Origin: a virus
Length of the DNA: 64,000 nt
Direction: 5' to 3' (one strand)
IMG/VR virus record: IMGVR_UViG_3300044981_000387
Span: 1-64,000 of that record
The position numbers and the translations under genes are program-made. The notes below the pieces were generated by a model. That model was given only the letters and a program-made list of their open reading frames with translations, had not been told where the DNA came from and ran no database searches. Of this stretch, positions 1 through 9,253 are shown piece after piece. Each line of letters starts with the position of its first letter. Within the stretch, counting starts at the first letter, position 1.

Positions 1-93
1 AGAGTTCTCGAATTGCTTCAACCAATGATCTTCGCTAATATGTTCGTCAGTGTTTCTAGAAACTACTGACTGATGTCTATTATATTTGGACAT
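1..93 (-). CDS. N-terminal fragment of a hypothetical protein running off the window edge (MSKYNRHQSVVSR...)
   Basis: ATG at 93, 7 nt after the upstream stop at 101; open frame to position 1. Confidence 0.6.
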   Translation of the reverse strand, partial: MSKYNRHQSVVSRNTDEHISEDHWLKQFENS

Positions 94-100
94 TTAATAT

Positions 101-988
101 TTACCCTTGAAAATTATTTTCCCAAATATATACAATATTATAGCCAGCCTTCTGTAATGTTTCTTGACGCCTCATAGTATGATTATATAGGTCTCCAAAT
201 GTCTTTTTATTCATTTGATTATAATCAGATGAATTATAGATATCTGGATTGCCGTGCCAATAGTCCCCATAAAACTCATAAATAGTATTAGAGGCTAAAT
301 CGAAACCATCTACCTTAAATATCTTACCTGCAATGTGAATGGTTTTGTTTCGTTCTTTAATATTGAGAGAATCTAACCATTTAGTTTCCATTTTAGAAAT
401 ACTTGAAGTGCATTTAGAACATCCGTGTCCAGCTAAATGATTATCTGGAGTTTGATGAAACTCCCCATGAGTTGGACACATTATGATTACATATTGTTTA
501 ATAGTTTGATAATCAATTAAAGAATAATCATATTTATTATTGTGGATAAGCGAAGCCCTATCTGCAAAATCTTGCCACGATAACTTTTGAGCTTCAGCCA
601 TTTTTGCTGGACCACATTGAGGGCATCCGTGCCCTTCAAGGTGCTTATTGGGCGTTTGCTCGAAAATTGAATGATGAATATTACAAATTAATTTAACCTT
701 AGTGGAATTATTTTTATATTCCACCAACGAATAATCATAAACATTGCCATGAATACCTTGCGCTCTTTCCACAAATATTGGGGTATCTAATTTTTTGTTT
801 CTAGTGCAGGAGGGGCACCTATCTCCACGCATATGATTTTGTGCTATTTGTGTAAATATTCCATGAATTGGACATACAATACTCACCTTATTTTTAGTTC
901 CAGTGAAAATAGACGCTGAATAATCATAAAAATTATTATTAGCAATATTAGATCTTTGTATGAAATCTTCTTGACTTATTTTTTTCAT
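101..988 (-). CDS. Homing-endonuclease-like protein: three YDYS/CxxHG...CxxC repeats (DUF723/CapR-like) plus C-terminal Vsr/PD-(D/E)XK-like nuclease
   Basis: Repeated YDYS...CPIHG..F.Q..H..G..CP.C units; C-terminal KVDG...YEFYGDYWHGNP...WE. Confidence 0.8.
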   Translation of the reverse strand: MKKISQEDFIQRSNIANNNFYDYSASIFTGTKNKVSIVCPIHGIFTQIAQNHMRGDRCPSCTRNKKLDTPIFVERAQGIHGNVYDYSLVEYKNNSTKVKLICNIHHSIFEQTPNKHLEGHGCPQCGPAKMAEAQKLSWQDFADRASLIHNNKYDYSLIDYQTIKQYVIIMCPTHGEFHQTPDNHLAGHGCSKCTSSISKMETKWLDSLNIKERNKTIHIAGKIFKVDGFDLASNTIYEFYGDYWHGNPDIYNSSDYNQMNKKTFGDLYNHTMRRQETLQKAGYNIVYIWENNFQG

Positions 989-989
989 A

Positions 990-1967
990 TCATGACTTGA
1001 ATTGTTGCATCAATTCCAAATTATCTTCAGAACCTGGATCAAAATCTTCGTTGGCAATTACTGAACGATCGTAAGGCATTGGGAAACCAAAATCAAAAAG
1101 CAGCTGCCTTAATTCAAACTGTTCACGATCAGATAGTTTCCATTGTTTAACTTGTCTATTATATAGATCAGATATATCGTGTCCTGCCGAAACTGCTCCG
1201 TTAATACATATTCTGGCGATACCAGAAATCAATAATGGAGCTACGATAACCACGCCTGATACTCCTAAAATCTTTTGAGCATCTTTAACGAAACCCTCTA
1301 CTTGTACTTCAGAAGACTTCTTTCGTTTCTTGTATGGTTTTTTGCTTTCTTTAATTTTTTCTAAACGATCTTGTAAACGAGCAATACCGTCTTCTACATC
1401 TGCACGAACTTTTTCAATCTTATTAGCATCTAACTCGCCGTCCAAATCCATTCTCATAGCTCTGGAAATTTCATTATCCAACTTTTCTAAATAAGCTTGA
1501 GCTCTTTCGCATCCAGCCGTATCTTTACCGCTGTGCTTGGGCACACTATCAATCTTTTCTTTGATCCAAGTTACGAAACCATGGGGACCTCTAGCAGACC
1601 AATCCCACTTTTCATTCTTAAGCTTCTTGGCATCATTAGCATCATCAGGTTTCTCGTCAGTATGAATGGGTTCATCCATCACCTCTAACATAGGCTCTGG
1701 ATCCTTGGTACCAGCGGGGGCACCTGGTAACTCTTCCACTACGATCTCTACATCTACTGGTTCGGTAACTTCTAAGGCAGGAGTACCGCGCATATCACCA
1801 GGAGCCTCGTGCATGTGTTTGGCACCCATATCATGAATATGACCAGCCATATCGCCCTCTCCCATAGGGAGGGACACTTCCAGTGGCATGAGCGCAGATG
1901 GATCTACCACTAATAATTGTTGATCTTGTGCTAGGGATTGTAATGACATTGATATACCTCTAAACAT
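990..1967 (-). CDS. Hypothetical protein, acidic N-terminus, probably virion-associated
   Basis: 325-aa ORF, tightly packed; no recognised family. Confidence 0.6.
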   Translation of the reverse strand: MFRGISMSLQSLAQDQQLLVVDPSALMPLEVSLPMGEGDMAGHIHDMGAKHMHEAPGDMRGTPALEVTEPVDVEIVVEELPGAPAGTKDPEPMLEVMDEPIHTDEKPDDANDAKKLKNEKWDWSARGPHGFVTWIKEKIDSVPKHSGKDTAGCERAQAYLEKLDNEISRAMRMDLDGELDANKIEKVRADVEDGIARLQDRLEKIKESKKPYKKRKKSSEVQVEGFVKDAQKILGVSGVVIVAPLLISGIARICINGAVSAGHDISDLYNRQVKQWKLSDREQFELRQLLFDFGFPMPYDRSVIANEDFDPGSEDNLELMQQFKS

Positions 1968-1978
1968 TAGATATGCTC

Positions 1979-2503
1979 TTATATGCCATAATAACCATGT
2001 TTAACCACATTCCATTCACTTTCCCATATAGAAACAACATGATATCCCGTTTTTATTAAGTCCCTTTCTTTTTCTATGGTTCTTGCGTAAAGTTCTCCAA
2101 AAGTCGTTTTAGTAATACAATTAATTTCTTTTGAATCATATTTGTTTGGATTTCCATGCCAAAAATCACCATTAAACTCATAAACTGTATTGGTGGTTGG
2201 ATCATAGGCATCTACTTTGTATTTTTTGTTGCCAATTTCTATTATCTTTTGTCTATATTTTTCTTCAATATTAAGATCATTTAACCATTGTGTTTCTGGT
2301 TTCGATATTGTATTTACGCATTTGGGACAACCACATTTATTAAATAAGTGTGCGTCTGCCGTTTGAAAAAATGGACCGTGCTTCTTACAAATAATTTTTA
2401 TCTTTATTTTATTATTTACATATTCCACTAATGAATAATCATATCGATTATCATGAACTAATTTGGCTTTAATAATAAAATTATTTCCATTATATTTTGT
2501 CAT
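1979..2503 (-). CDS. Homing-endonuclease-like protein, paralog of 101..988 with a single repeat
   Basis: YDYS...CKKHG..CPKC then KVDAYD...YEFNGDFWHGNP...WESEW. Confidence 0.8.
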   Translation of the reverse strand: MTKYNGNNFIIKAKLVHDNRYDYSLVEYVNNKIKIKIICKKHGPFFQTADAHLFNKCGCPKCVNTISKPETQWLNDLNIEEKYRQKIIEIGNKKYKVDAYDPTTNTVYEFNGDFWHGNPNKYDSKEINCITKTTFGELYARTIEKERDLIKTGYHVVSIWESEWNVVKHGYYGI

Positions 2504-2972
2504 TCAAAACACCAACTGCATAAGGTGAAGTCGTGTCTTGTTCCAGATTCGGCTCATCAGAAATAATCAAACTTTTTATTTTGTGATTGTTAAAGGGTAA
2601 AATTATGGTTTCGCCGGGCTCCCTTCCGTTTAATGGGGTAGATATGAAACAAGAATACATTTTTCCGTTTTTATCTTTAGCGCGAATAGTTATGGTTATG
2701 TGCTCATCAGTAAGAGTATCAATGGCCTCTATGGTAGCTGCCAAATTTTGTAATTGTTTTTCTCGAATAGACATTACTTTTTCTTCGCCTTCAAAAGGGC
2801 GACGAGCCGCTATTTCTTCGGGAGAGTCCGCAATCGCATACCATCCCTTATGAGTTTGCCCCAAAAAATCTGGCAAATTATTCTTGTTCTTAAATGTTTG
2901 ATCATGATCATAAATCTGATAATAATAACAAGTTGGTATATATATTTTTTTCATAACAATACTTTCATTCAA
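2490..2972 (-). CDS. Hypothetical protein
   Basis: 160-aa ORF overlapping both neighbours in operon fashion. Confidence 0.55.
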   Translation of the reverse strand: MNESIVMKKIYIPTCYYYQIYDHDQTFKNKNNLPDFLGQTHKGWYAIADSPEEIAARRPFEGEEKVMSIREKQLQNLAATIEAIDTLTDEHITITIRAKDKNGKMYSCFISTPLNGREPGETIILPFNNHKIKSLIISDEPNLEQDTTSPYAVGVLNDKI

Positions 2973-3177
2973 TTATGGTGAAGACGATCCCATTATCAAC
3001 AACTATTTTGCATTTGGATATTTGAGGCGGCTTACTCATACTGTTTAATCCAATATTCAATAATTTTCTAGATAAGGCAGAAAAAGAAGTATATTCTTCA
3101 TCTGACATCTTTTGAGCTAATTTTTCGATTTTTTCAACCGTTTTCGAATCCATTCTCAATAATTTTTTGATTAGCAT
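2965..3177 (-). CDS. Small hypothetical protein, possibly ribbon-helix-helix DNA-binding
   Basis: LLRMDSKTVEKIEKLAQ...SFSALSRKLLNIGL pattern. Confidence 0.4.
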   Translation of the reverse strand: MLIKKLLRMDSKTVEKIEKLAQKMSDEEYTSFSALSRKLLNIGLNSMSKPPQISKCKIVVDNGIVFTIIE

Positions 3178-3224
3178 CTTACCTCCGCCATACTTTGTAT
3201 ATACCTTTATGCCCAGAATTCAAA

Positions 3225-4310
3225 TTATATATTCCACTTATCCTCGTACATTTGACGCCCTGAGTCAGTAATGCCATAGTCAGGATTTTCTGTTTGGATG
3301 GTTTGATCAGCATCCTTAGCTTCTGGGTCTACCCCATCGGGTAAGCCATAAATCTCGGTCTCGGCGGGACGAAGAACATATTTTTCCTCTAATTTGTCCA
3401 AATGATCTTCATCCATTGGGGCATCGCTGTCTTTACCATAAGGGCGACCCACTGGCGCATCATCATTAGTTAAATCATGACCAAAATCCAAAGAAGAGGC
3501 TGGTTTACCATCTTGATCGGCATCCGGTAAATACTTATCCAAGAAGCCCCCTAATTGTGCAGAATAAGGATAAGACTCGAACTCTCCCTCATTTTCGGTG
3601 CCTGGCATAATACCATCCAACTCTGGATCTCCGGCTGGGCCTAACTTAATAGGCTTCTCATAATGACCAGAGTCTCCAGTGATGGGACCAGTTTTTATTT
3701 GGTCGTCGATAGGAAAATCTATATTATTAGAATCGTGTTTTTTGGGAGATTTAGGTTTTCCTTGATAGGGACTATTTTTCCAGTCATATATTTTAGTTCC
3801 ATGTTCTTTGGGTGGTAACATATGATCTGCATTATCATCTGCAAAGAAAGCGCCTGGACCATGATTATCTTCTTCTCTAAACTCTTCTACACTATCAACT
3901 TTGCCATCATTCATTTCTTGATATAAACCTTTACCTAAATCATAATTAGGTCCGGCAGTCTTAAGAAGCTTTACGAAAATAGCAGCACGAGCCTTAATAT
4001 CAGGGTTCTTTTTAGTTTTCTTGCCATTATCTAAAATCCATGAATCATCAGCTATATAGCGAGGCCTGAGTCTTGCCCTACGTGCTTCTAAAAACTCTTG
4101 GACTGATTTATAATTTTGCAGAGCGTGCCAACCCGCGCCGGGCCCCACATCTTCCATGCCAGGAATCGTATACAAATCGTAATTGCGATAAAAGGGCTCC
4201 ACAAAACGAGGCTGTACCGTGATAGCGGTGTCCGACTTGTATTTCTTTTTACCAGGAGTGGGTTCATTGACACCACCGCCTCCTTGATAATAGGCTTTTT
4301 TATTTTCCAT
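3225..4310 (-). CDS. Acidic, Gly/Pro-rich hypothetical protein
   Basis: 361-aa ORF. Confidence 0.6.
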   Translation of the reverse strand: MENKKAYYQGGGGVNEPTPGKKKYKSDTAITVQPRFVEPFYRNYDLYTIPGMEDVGPGAGWHALQNYKSVQEFLEARRARLRPRYIADDSWILDNGKKTKKNPDIKARAAIFVKLLKTAGPNYDLGKGLYQEMNDGKVDSVEEFREEDNHGPGAFFADDNADHMLPPKEHGTKIYDWKNSPYQGKPKSPKKHDSNNIDFPIDDQIKTGPITGDSGHYEKPIKLGPAGDPELDGIMPGTENEGEFESYPYSAQLGGFLDKYLPDADQDGKPASSLDFGHDLTNDDAPVGRPYGKDSDAPMDEDHLDKLEEKYVLRPAETEIYGLPDGVDPEAKDADQTIQTENPDYGITDSGRQMYEDKWNI

Positions 4311-5058
4311 TTTTAACCTTTAGGTAATATGGATATACTTTTTCAGTAATAGGAATGTACTGCCACAAACCCATTTGAGTAATGAGCTGAGCTGCTTTGT
4401 TTGGGTCTTTGGTAAAAGCCTGATTTACTTTTTCCGTCATAGCCTTTTCAGTAGACAGCTTGGATGTTTGCGGATTAGCACGCACAAACTCTATGATCGC
4501 TGGATCTATCTCAAAACCTAGTTTGCAAGCGAGATATATGGATCTGATCACTCTATTTCGATTAGAAGTAAGGGTGACTTCGGGAGCCAAACAAGTTTTG
4601 ATAACCTTGTTTTTAATATCAATGAAACCGCGTTTGGTAGGATCTAATATTTGTTTGAGGTCGATAGTTAGCAATAAAGAATTACAAGTAAAGTCTCGAG
4701 AGAACATTTCTCGTTGCATATTGTTAGGTTTGTTCATACCCAATTTATCTAAGTAAGTATCAATGTTGGGTACAATAAAGTTGGAGGAAAAATCCATTTT
4801 GAGATTACCAATAAAAATAGTTGAATGTCCGTCCTCCATCGTTTTTCGAGTGAGATCATACTTTTTACGTAGTTCAATAGCAAGCTCTTGCGACAAGTAG
4901 TCTACTGTTTTATCACCGGTAGTAATATCAATATCGGCGACGTTATCCAAACGTCCCATAAACTTATCACGCGGCGTTCCCCCACATATGAAAGGAGGTG
5001 AAACCCCAATCTTTTGTTGAACTTCTCGCATTTGTTGAAGCAATTCTCGTAGTTTCAT
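4300..5058 (-). CDS. Minimal class II tRNA nucleotidyltransferase / poly(A) polymerase family protein
   Basis: GGTPRD..DIDITT, RDFTCNSL, RVIRSIYLA.KLGF motifs; no HD or tail domain. Confidence 0.85.
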   Translation of the reverse strand: MKLRELLQQMREVQQKIGVSPPFICGGTPRDKFMGRLDNVADIDITTGDKTVDYLSQELAIELRKKYDLTRKTMEDGHSTIFIGNLKMDFSSNFIVPNIDTYLDKLGMNKPNNMQREMFSRDFTCNSLLLTIDLKQILDPTKRGFIDIKNKVIKTCLAPEVTLTSNRNRVIRSIYLACKLGFEIDPAIIEFVRANPQTSKLSTEKAMTEKVNQAFTKDPNKAAQLITQMGLWQYIPITEKVYPYYLKVKNGK

Positions 5059-5071
5059 TCATTTGCTTCCA

Positions 5072-6913
5072 TCAAACTGCGGGACGAGGTAGTGGTGGAT
5101 TGGCGGGAGCCTGAGCTGGTGTCGTTCTTGGGGCGGCAGGAGGGGCACCTAAATCCTCTCCGATTTCTACTTGAGGAGACTCTTTACCGGCACCTCCTTG
5201 TAGTTCGGCGTTTTCTTGCTCTTTTCTCATTTTCTTACTAGCCCGTTCTTTGTCGTTTTGGTTTTGTAAGTTTTGAGCTACACCACCGGCACGATCTGGA
5301 GTAGTTTCCCCTTTAAGATCTACAGCTCTACCACTAATGGCTCCACGTAATCTAGAAATAATATCTTCTATACGAGTGGCTACATAGTTATTGGATTCCA
5401 AAGACTTGTTAATAGCTTCAGATAAGGTGGGGAAATAAGAAGCTAAACCAAGACTATCCAACATCATATCGACCAAAGCCAATTGACGAGGAATCTCACG
5501 AGTCTTAAAAATCTTAGAGATGTCTTCTAATTTGGCTACCGTATCAGCTACTGTTACGTTGGCTAAAGCTGAATCAATGATACGATCAAAATCTTTAGCG
5601 CCAGATGGGGCATCCGTCACACCAGCCTCATTAGCTGGAGGAGTATCATTTGTCACATCTTTCGGAGCTTGTGGTTCTAATGATTTAGGTTTGCGAGGAT
5701 TGGTGGTCATCGGAACATCTTCAACTGGTGGTGCCATTTGAGCTTCCGTCACCAATAATTGTTCGTCTTGTACTTCTAAAGAATCTTCTTCCACATTCAA
5801 TTCATCTTCCACGCCTTGCTGATCTTCTGGCACTGTTTTACCAGCTGTTTCAGTGCCCTCTAAAAACTCTGTGATACCTTTGGGAGCATCCTCTGGCATA
5901 GGAGAAGGCGGACCTTGAGCAATAGATCCATCAGGCATTTTAGCAGGAGATTTGGGATCTACTGGTTGCGTTTCACTAGCCCCGGTAGGAGGGCTACCTG
6001 GCGATTGTGGCATACCTGGTCCTACAGAAGGTAATCCACCCGGAGCGCCGGGATGTCCAGCCCCTGAAGGATCGTCTGGAGAAACTGCAGCAGGAATTGC
6101 GTTAATGGGTCCTTTAACACCTGTACCCAATGGCGGTGGGTTATTAGCTTGAGCTATAGAATATAAAACTTCTGCCGCTTTAACAAAACCATTACGACGT
6201 AGTACATTGCCTTCTCGTACAATCATATCTTCATATAAACGGGTAGAGGTGCTTAGTTTATTAACTAGCTGTACCTTCTTTTTAAGACTATAAATGGCCT
6301 CCATCAAATTTTCTAATTCGGGACCAGCAAACAATTGTCCTTCTGGTGAGCGCAATAGTTTTTCTGCAGAATCTAAACGACCAATAATTTTTTGTCGTTG
6401 CTTTTCAATAATGCGCTTACGTTCATCAGAACGTTCAGAATCCTCACGAACATTATCAACAGCATTGTGATCTACGGTTGGTTCGGTTGGTTTAGGAGCA
6501 TCAGGTTTAATTTGTAAAAAATACCCTGGCTGACCATTTTCATACCAAAGTTGTGCTGTTTTATATTTCAAGTGAGTACCCTCTTGATAAAATCGTAACC
6601 AATTCAAGAAATCAAAAGTCTCCATTAGGTTCCAACCATTAGTAGCTTGACGAACTGCATTAACACGGGTTGTTCCACCTTTTTCGGCGGCAAAAATCTT
6701 TCTAACGGTCTCTAACCATTTATTAAGATTATGCTGACCAGGAACATACATATACTGATCATAGTTTGGATAAGCCCTTTTATCATCCAAGGCGGTAGCA
6801 AACTTATCATAATTGATACCATGTTCTCCCAAAAACTGAATCAAGTCTTGGACTTTATTTTCCAAGTCTGTAGCTGATTTGTCTGGGAGTGCTGTTTGAA
6901 TGATAGTAGCCAT
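5072..6913 (-). CDS. Large hypothetical protein with long Pro/Gly-rich linker, probably virion-associated
   Basis: 613-aa ORF with KTAQ, SIAQ and TEAQ motifs. Confidence 0.6.
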   Translation of the reverse strand: MATIIQTALPDKSATDLENKVQDLIQFLGEHGINYDKFATALDDKRAYPNYDQYMYVPGQHNLNKWLETVRKIFAAEKGGTTRVNAVRQATNGWNLMETFDFLNWLRFYQEGTHLKYKTAQLWYENGQPGYFLQIKPDAPKPTEPTVDHNAVDNVREDSERSDERKRIIEKQRQKIIGRLDSAEKLLRSPEGQLFAGPELENLMEAIYSLKKKVQLVNKLSTSTRLYEDMIVREGNVLRRNGFVKAAEVLYSIAQANNPPPLGTGVKGPINAIPAAVSPDDPSGAGHPGAPGGLPSVGPGMPQSPGSPPTGASETQPVDPKSPAKMPDGSIAQGPPSPMPEDAPKGITEFLEGTETAGKTVPEDQQGVEDELNVEEDSLEVQDEQLLVTEAQMAPPVEDVPMTTNPRKPKSLEPQAPKDVTNDTPPANEAGVTDAPSGAKDFDRIIDSALANVTVADTVAKLEDISKIFKTREIPRQLALVDMMLDSLGLASYFPTLSEAINKSLESNNYVATRIEDIISRLRGAISGRAVDLKGETTPDRAGGVAQNLQNQNDKERASKKMRKEQENAELQGGAGKESPQVEIGEDLGAPPAAPRTTPAQAPANPPLPRPAV

Positions 6914-6914
6914 A

Positions 6915-7676
6915 TTATTCGTTTAACTTTTTGTTGATAGTTTCATTGAGAATCTTGGCTTCGGCTAATCTTACCTCCGTATTAGGCATGACTTCCTTTT
7001 CTGGAGCTTTCAATTTGGCCAATTTTTCATAAAGACGCTCCATAAATAGCATGGAACTCTCTAAATCTAGTTCAGACAAGGTTTCTCGAATTGCTTCCTG
7101 AAATACCAGAATATGCTGATCCATAAATTGGATGGTCATGTTATTCTGAACAAATTGAGCCTCAGTAGGGCCCTCAGTGAATTTGTAGTATTTTTCTAGA
7201 ATCCCGCCCAGCACTTCGGCATACTCGATTAAAATACGATCTAACTTAGTATTAATATTGCGAGGGTCTTCCTGCACTTCATCGAAAACTTGACCAAAAC
7301 GTGTTTCGATGGCCACGCACAAATGAGCTATCATCTGGCGCACATCAATTTCCTTACCAGCTAATTCCAACATTTTACTACGATAAGCAGAGTTGTTCCT
7401 AACGGATAACTCTAACTGCTCTTCCGTAGTGCCGGCAACCACTGCACGTTTAGTTTTCGTAATATCTTCTTGAATTAAAGAATAGACATCTAAATAGTTG
7501 TCCTTAAAAGTCTTAACAGACTTTTCCGCAATAACGAACTTGGACTCACTAACATTGGTATACTTGCTAGCCAACCACTCATAAATATCTTTGGGAGGAA
7601 CATCTAAAACTAATTTGGCTATAATCTCGTCTTTATCGGGATGATCTAAAATTTTCTTGAGTGCATTCTTATTCAT
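6915..7676 (-). CDS. Hypothetical helical protein
   Basis: 253-aa ORF. Confidence 0.6.
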   Translation of the reverse strand: MNKNALKKILDHPDKDEIIAKLVLDVPPKDIYEWLASKYTNVSESKFVIAEKSVKTFKDNYLDVYSLIQEDITKTKRAVVAGTTEEQLELSVRNNSAYRSKMLELAGKEIDVRQMIAHLCVAIETRFGQVFDEVQEDPRNINTKLDRILIEYAEVLGGILEKYYKFTEGPTEAQFVQNNMTIQFMDQHILVFQEAIRETLSELDLESSMLFMERLYEKLAKLKAPEKEVMPNTEVRLAEAKILNETINKKLNE

Positions 7677-7693
7677 TCTTACACTCCGAGTGT

Positions 7694-8410
7694 TTATCTA
7701 TTGGTTCCGAGTCTACCTTCTCTGGAATCAAATATAGTTTGGAAGGGAGCACTGAAAGAATTGCTGGTTTGTAGAGAGACATCACCTCCCGGTACCTTAT
7801 CACCGTTTTGCATCTCAAAACCGGTCTCAAAATTGTATGTCTTCTTATCCAACTCACATTGCCAAACGTGCTCACCCACACGAGAGATTTGGGCACCGGC
7901 ATGATCTGGACAATAACGAGTGCTCAAAGGAGCTTCTAAAATCTTGTATTGCTTAGTCAAATTACTTTTATCGATAGCCTTGAGAGAGTCATCGGTCTTA
8001 TCGATAGCGTGCAATTCCTTACGAGGCGCCTCATATTTCTTACGAAGTTCTTCAATACGATAGTCATCAGCAGCTTTCTTATCCGCCATAGCGCCAGGAG
8101 GGGCAGCAATAGTTAATAATAGCTCGTCAATAACAGAGGCTTGTTTTTTTAGTTGTGGATCACCAGAAGCATCAAAGGCACTAGCGATATTAGCCAATTC
8201 CTGAATGGACTCTGGGGTAATTGTAGAGGGCTCGGCTAGCTCTAGACCATCCACTTCATCGGCAGCTTTTTTCAATAGAGCAGCAGCAAGTACGCATGAC
8301 TCGGCAACAACCTTCATACAATCTTCATTTTCTTCGGCAAGCAATAAGGCTTCGTTAGTCGGGCTCTCCAACCAGGCAGCCATGGCATTTAACATTTCAG
8401 AAATTCTCAT
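7694..8410 (-). CDS. Hypothetical protein with C-terminal Cys/His motif
   Basis: CPDH...C motif; GGAG RBS upstream. Confidence 0.6.
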   Translation of the reverse strand: MRISEMLNAMAAWLESPTNEALLLAEENEDCMKVVAESCVLAAALLKKAADEVDGLELAEPSTITPESIQELANIASAFDASGDPQLKKQASVIDELLLTIAAPPGAMADKKAADDYRIEELRKKYEAPRKELHAIDKTDDSLKAIDKSNLTKQYKILEAPLSTRYCPDHAGAQISRVGEHVWQCELDKKTYNFETGFEMQNGDKVPGGDVSLQTSNSFSAPFQTIFDSREGRLGTNR

Positions 8411-8440
8411 AGTTTCTCCCGTATAATTAAGGATACCAAA

Positions 8441-9250
8441 TTATTCCTCTAACTTTTCCGGTTCCGGATTAATGGGTGGAAGTTCAGCTTGCTCCAAAAC
8501 AGGCATATTGGTTTGTCCTTGCTGATCTAATTTCTTTTTGATTTCTTGAGCTATGGCACTGACCTCAGATCCATCTGCGGGAGTGTGTCCCCTCTTAACC
8601 GCATTAATTAGGGTCGTCAATTTAGATTTAAGCTCTGGGTCTTCCAAAAACTTTCCAATCACATCCAGAGAATTAAGGCCATAACTCTGGAAAATGGGAG
8701 TAAATAATACAAAATTAACCAATTCTTGCTTAGTTAAATCTCCTCGTTGACGAGACACTTCTCCACTATGTACCGCTACATCTGGAACCACTACTTGTAG
8801 TTTGGTGGCTGCTTTTTGCAAAGTAGAAAAAGCTCGGGCCAAAAATCCTTCAAATGTGGTCAGATAATGCTTAACGGTACGATCAGGATGGCCTCGCAAA
8901 CTATCACGAATGGCTTGGCGGGCCTTTTTCTCGGGGTCTGTCTTAATCTGATGAGCTACCGTAATGATATCATTAAGACTCTTAATTATCTTAACAGGAG
9001 ATAAAGTATCTAAGTCTCGAACCAACTTGTCCATTTTGTAGGTTAGCTCTACGGTCAAAGGATCTCCCGTATCCGCTACATACTGAAGCATGGAGTTTTT
9101 AGCAGAACGAGAAAAATAATTGCGATAAGAATCCAAAATATCTCTCTTAACCTCTGCAATAAGACGATCTTCAGAGACAGGAACTATAGCAGCTTCGGAC
9201 TGAAACCCGTACTTCAGCGATAGGAGCTGGGCCAGTCTGGCTACTTTCAT
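8441..9250 (-). CDS. Hypothetical protein
   Basis: 269-aa ORF. Confidence 0.6.
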   Translation of the reverse strand: MKVARLAQLLSLKYGFQSEAAIVPVSEDRLIAEVKRDILDSYRNYFSRSAKNSMLQYVADTGDPLTVELTYKMDKLVRDLDTLSPVKIIKSLNDIITVAHQIKTDPEKKARQAIRDSLRGHPDRTVKHYLTTFEGFLARAFSTLQKAATKLQVVVPDVAVHSGEVSRQRGDLTKQELVNFVLFTPIFQSYGLNSLDVIGKFLEDPELKSKLTTLINAVKRGHTPADGSEVSAIAQEIKKKLDQQGQTNMPVLEQAELPPINPEPEKLEE

Positions 9251-9253
9251 AAA

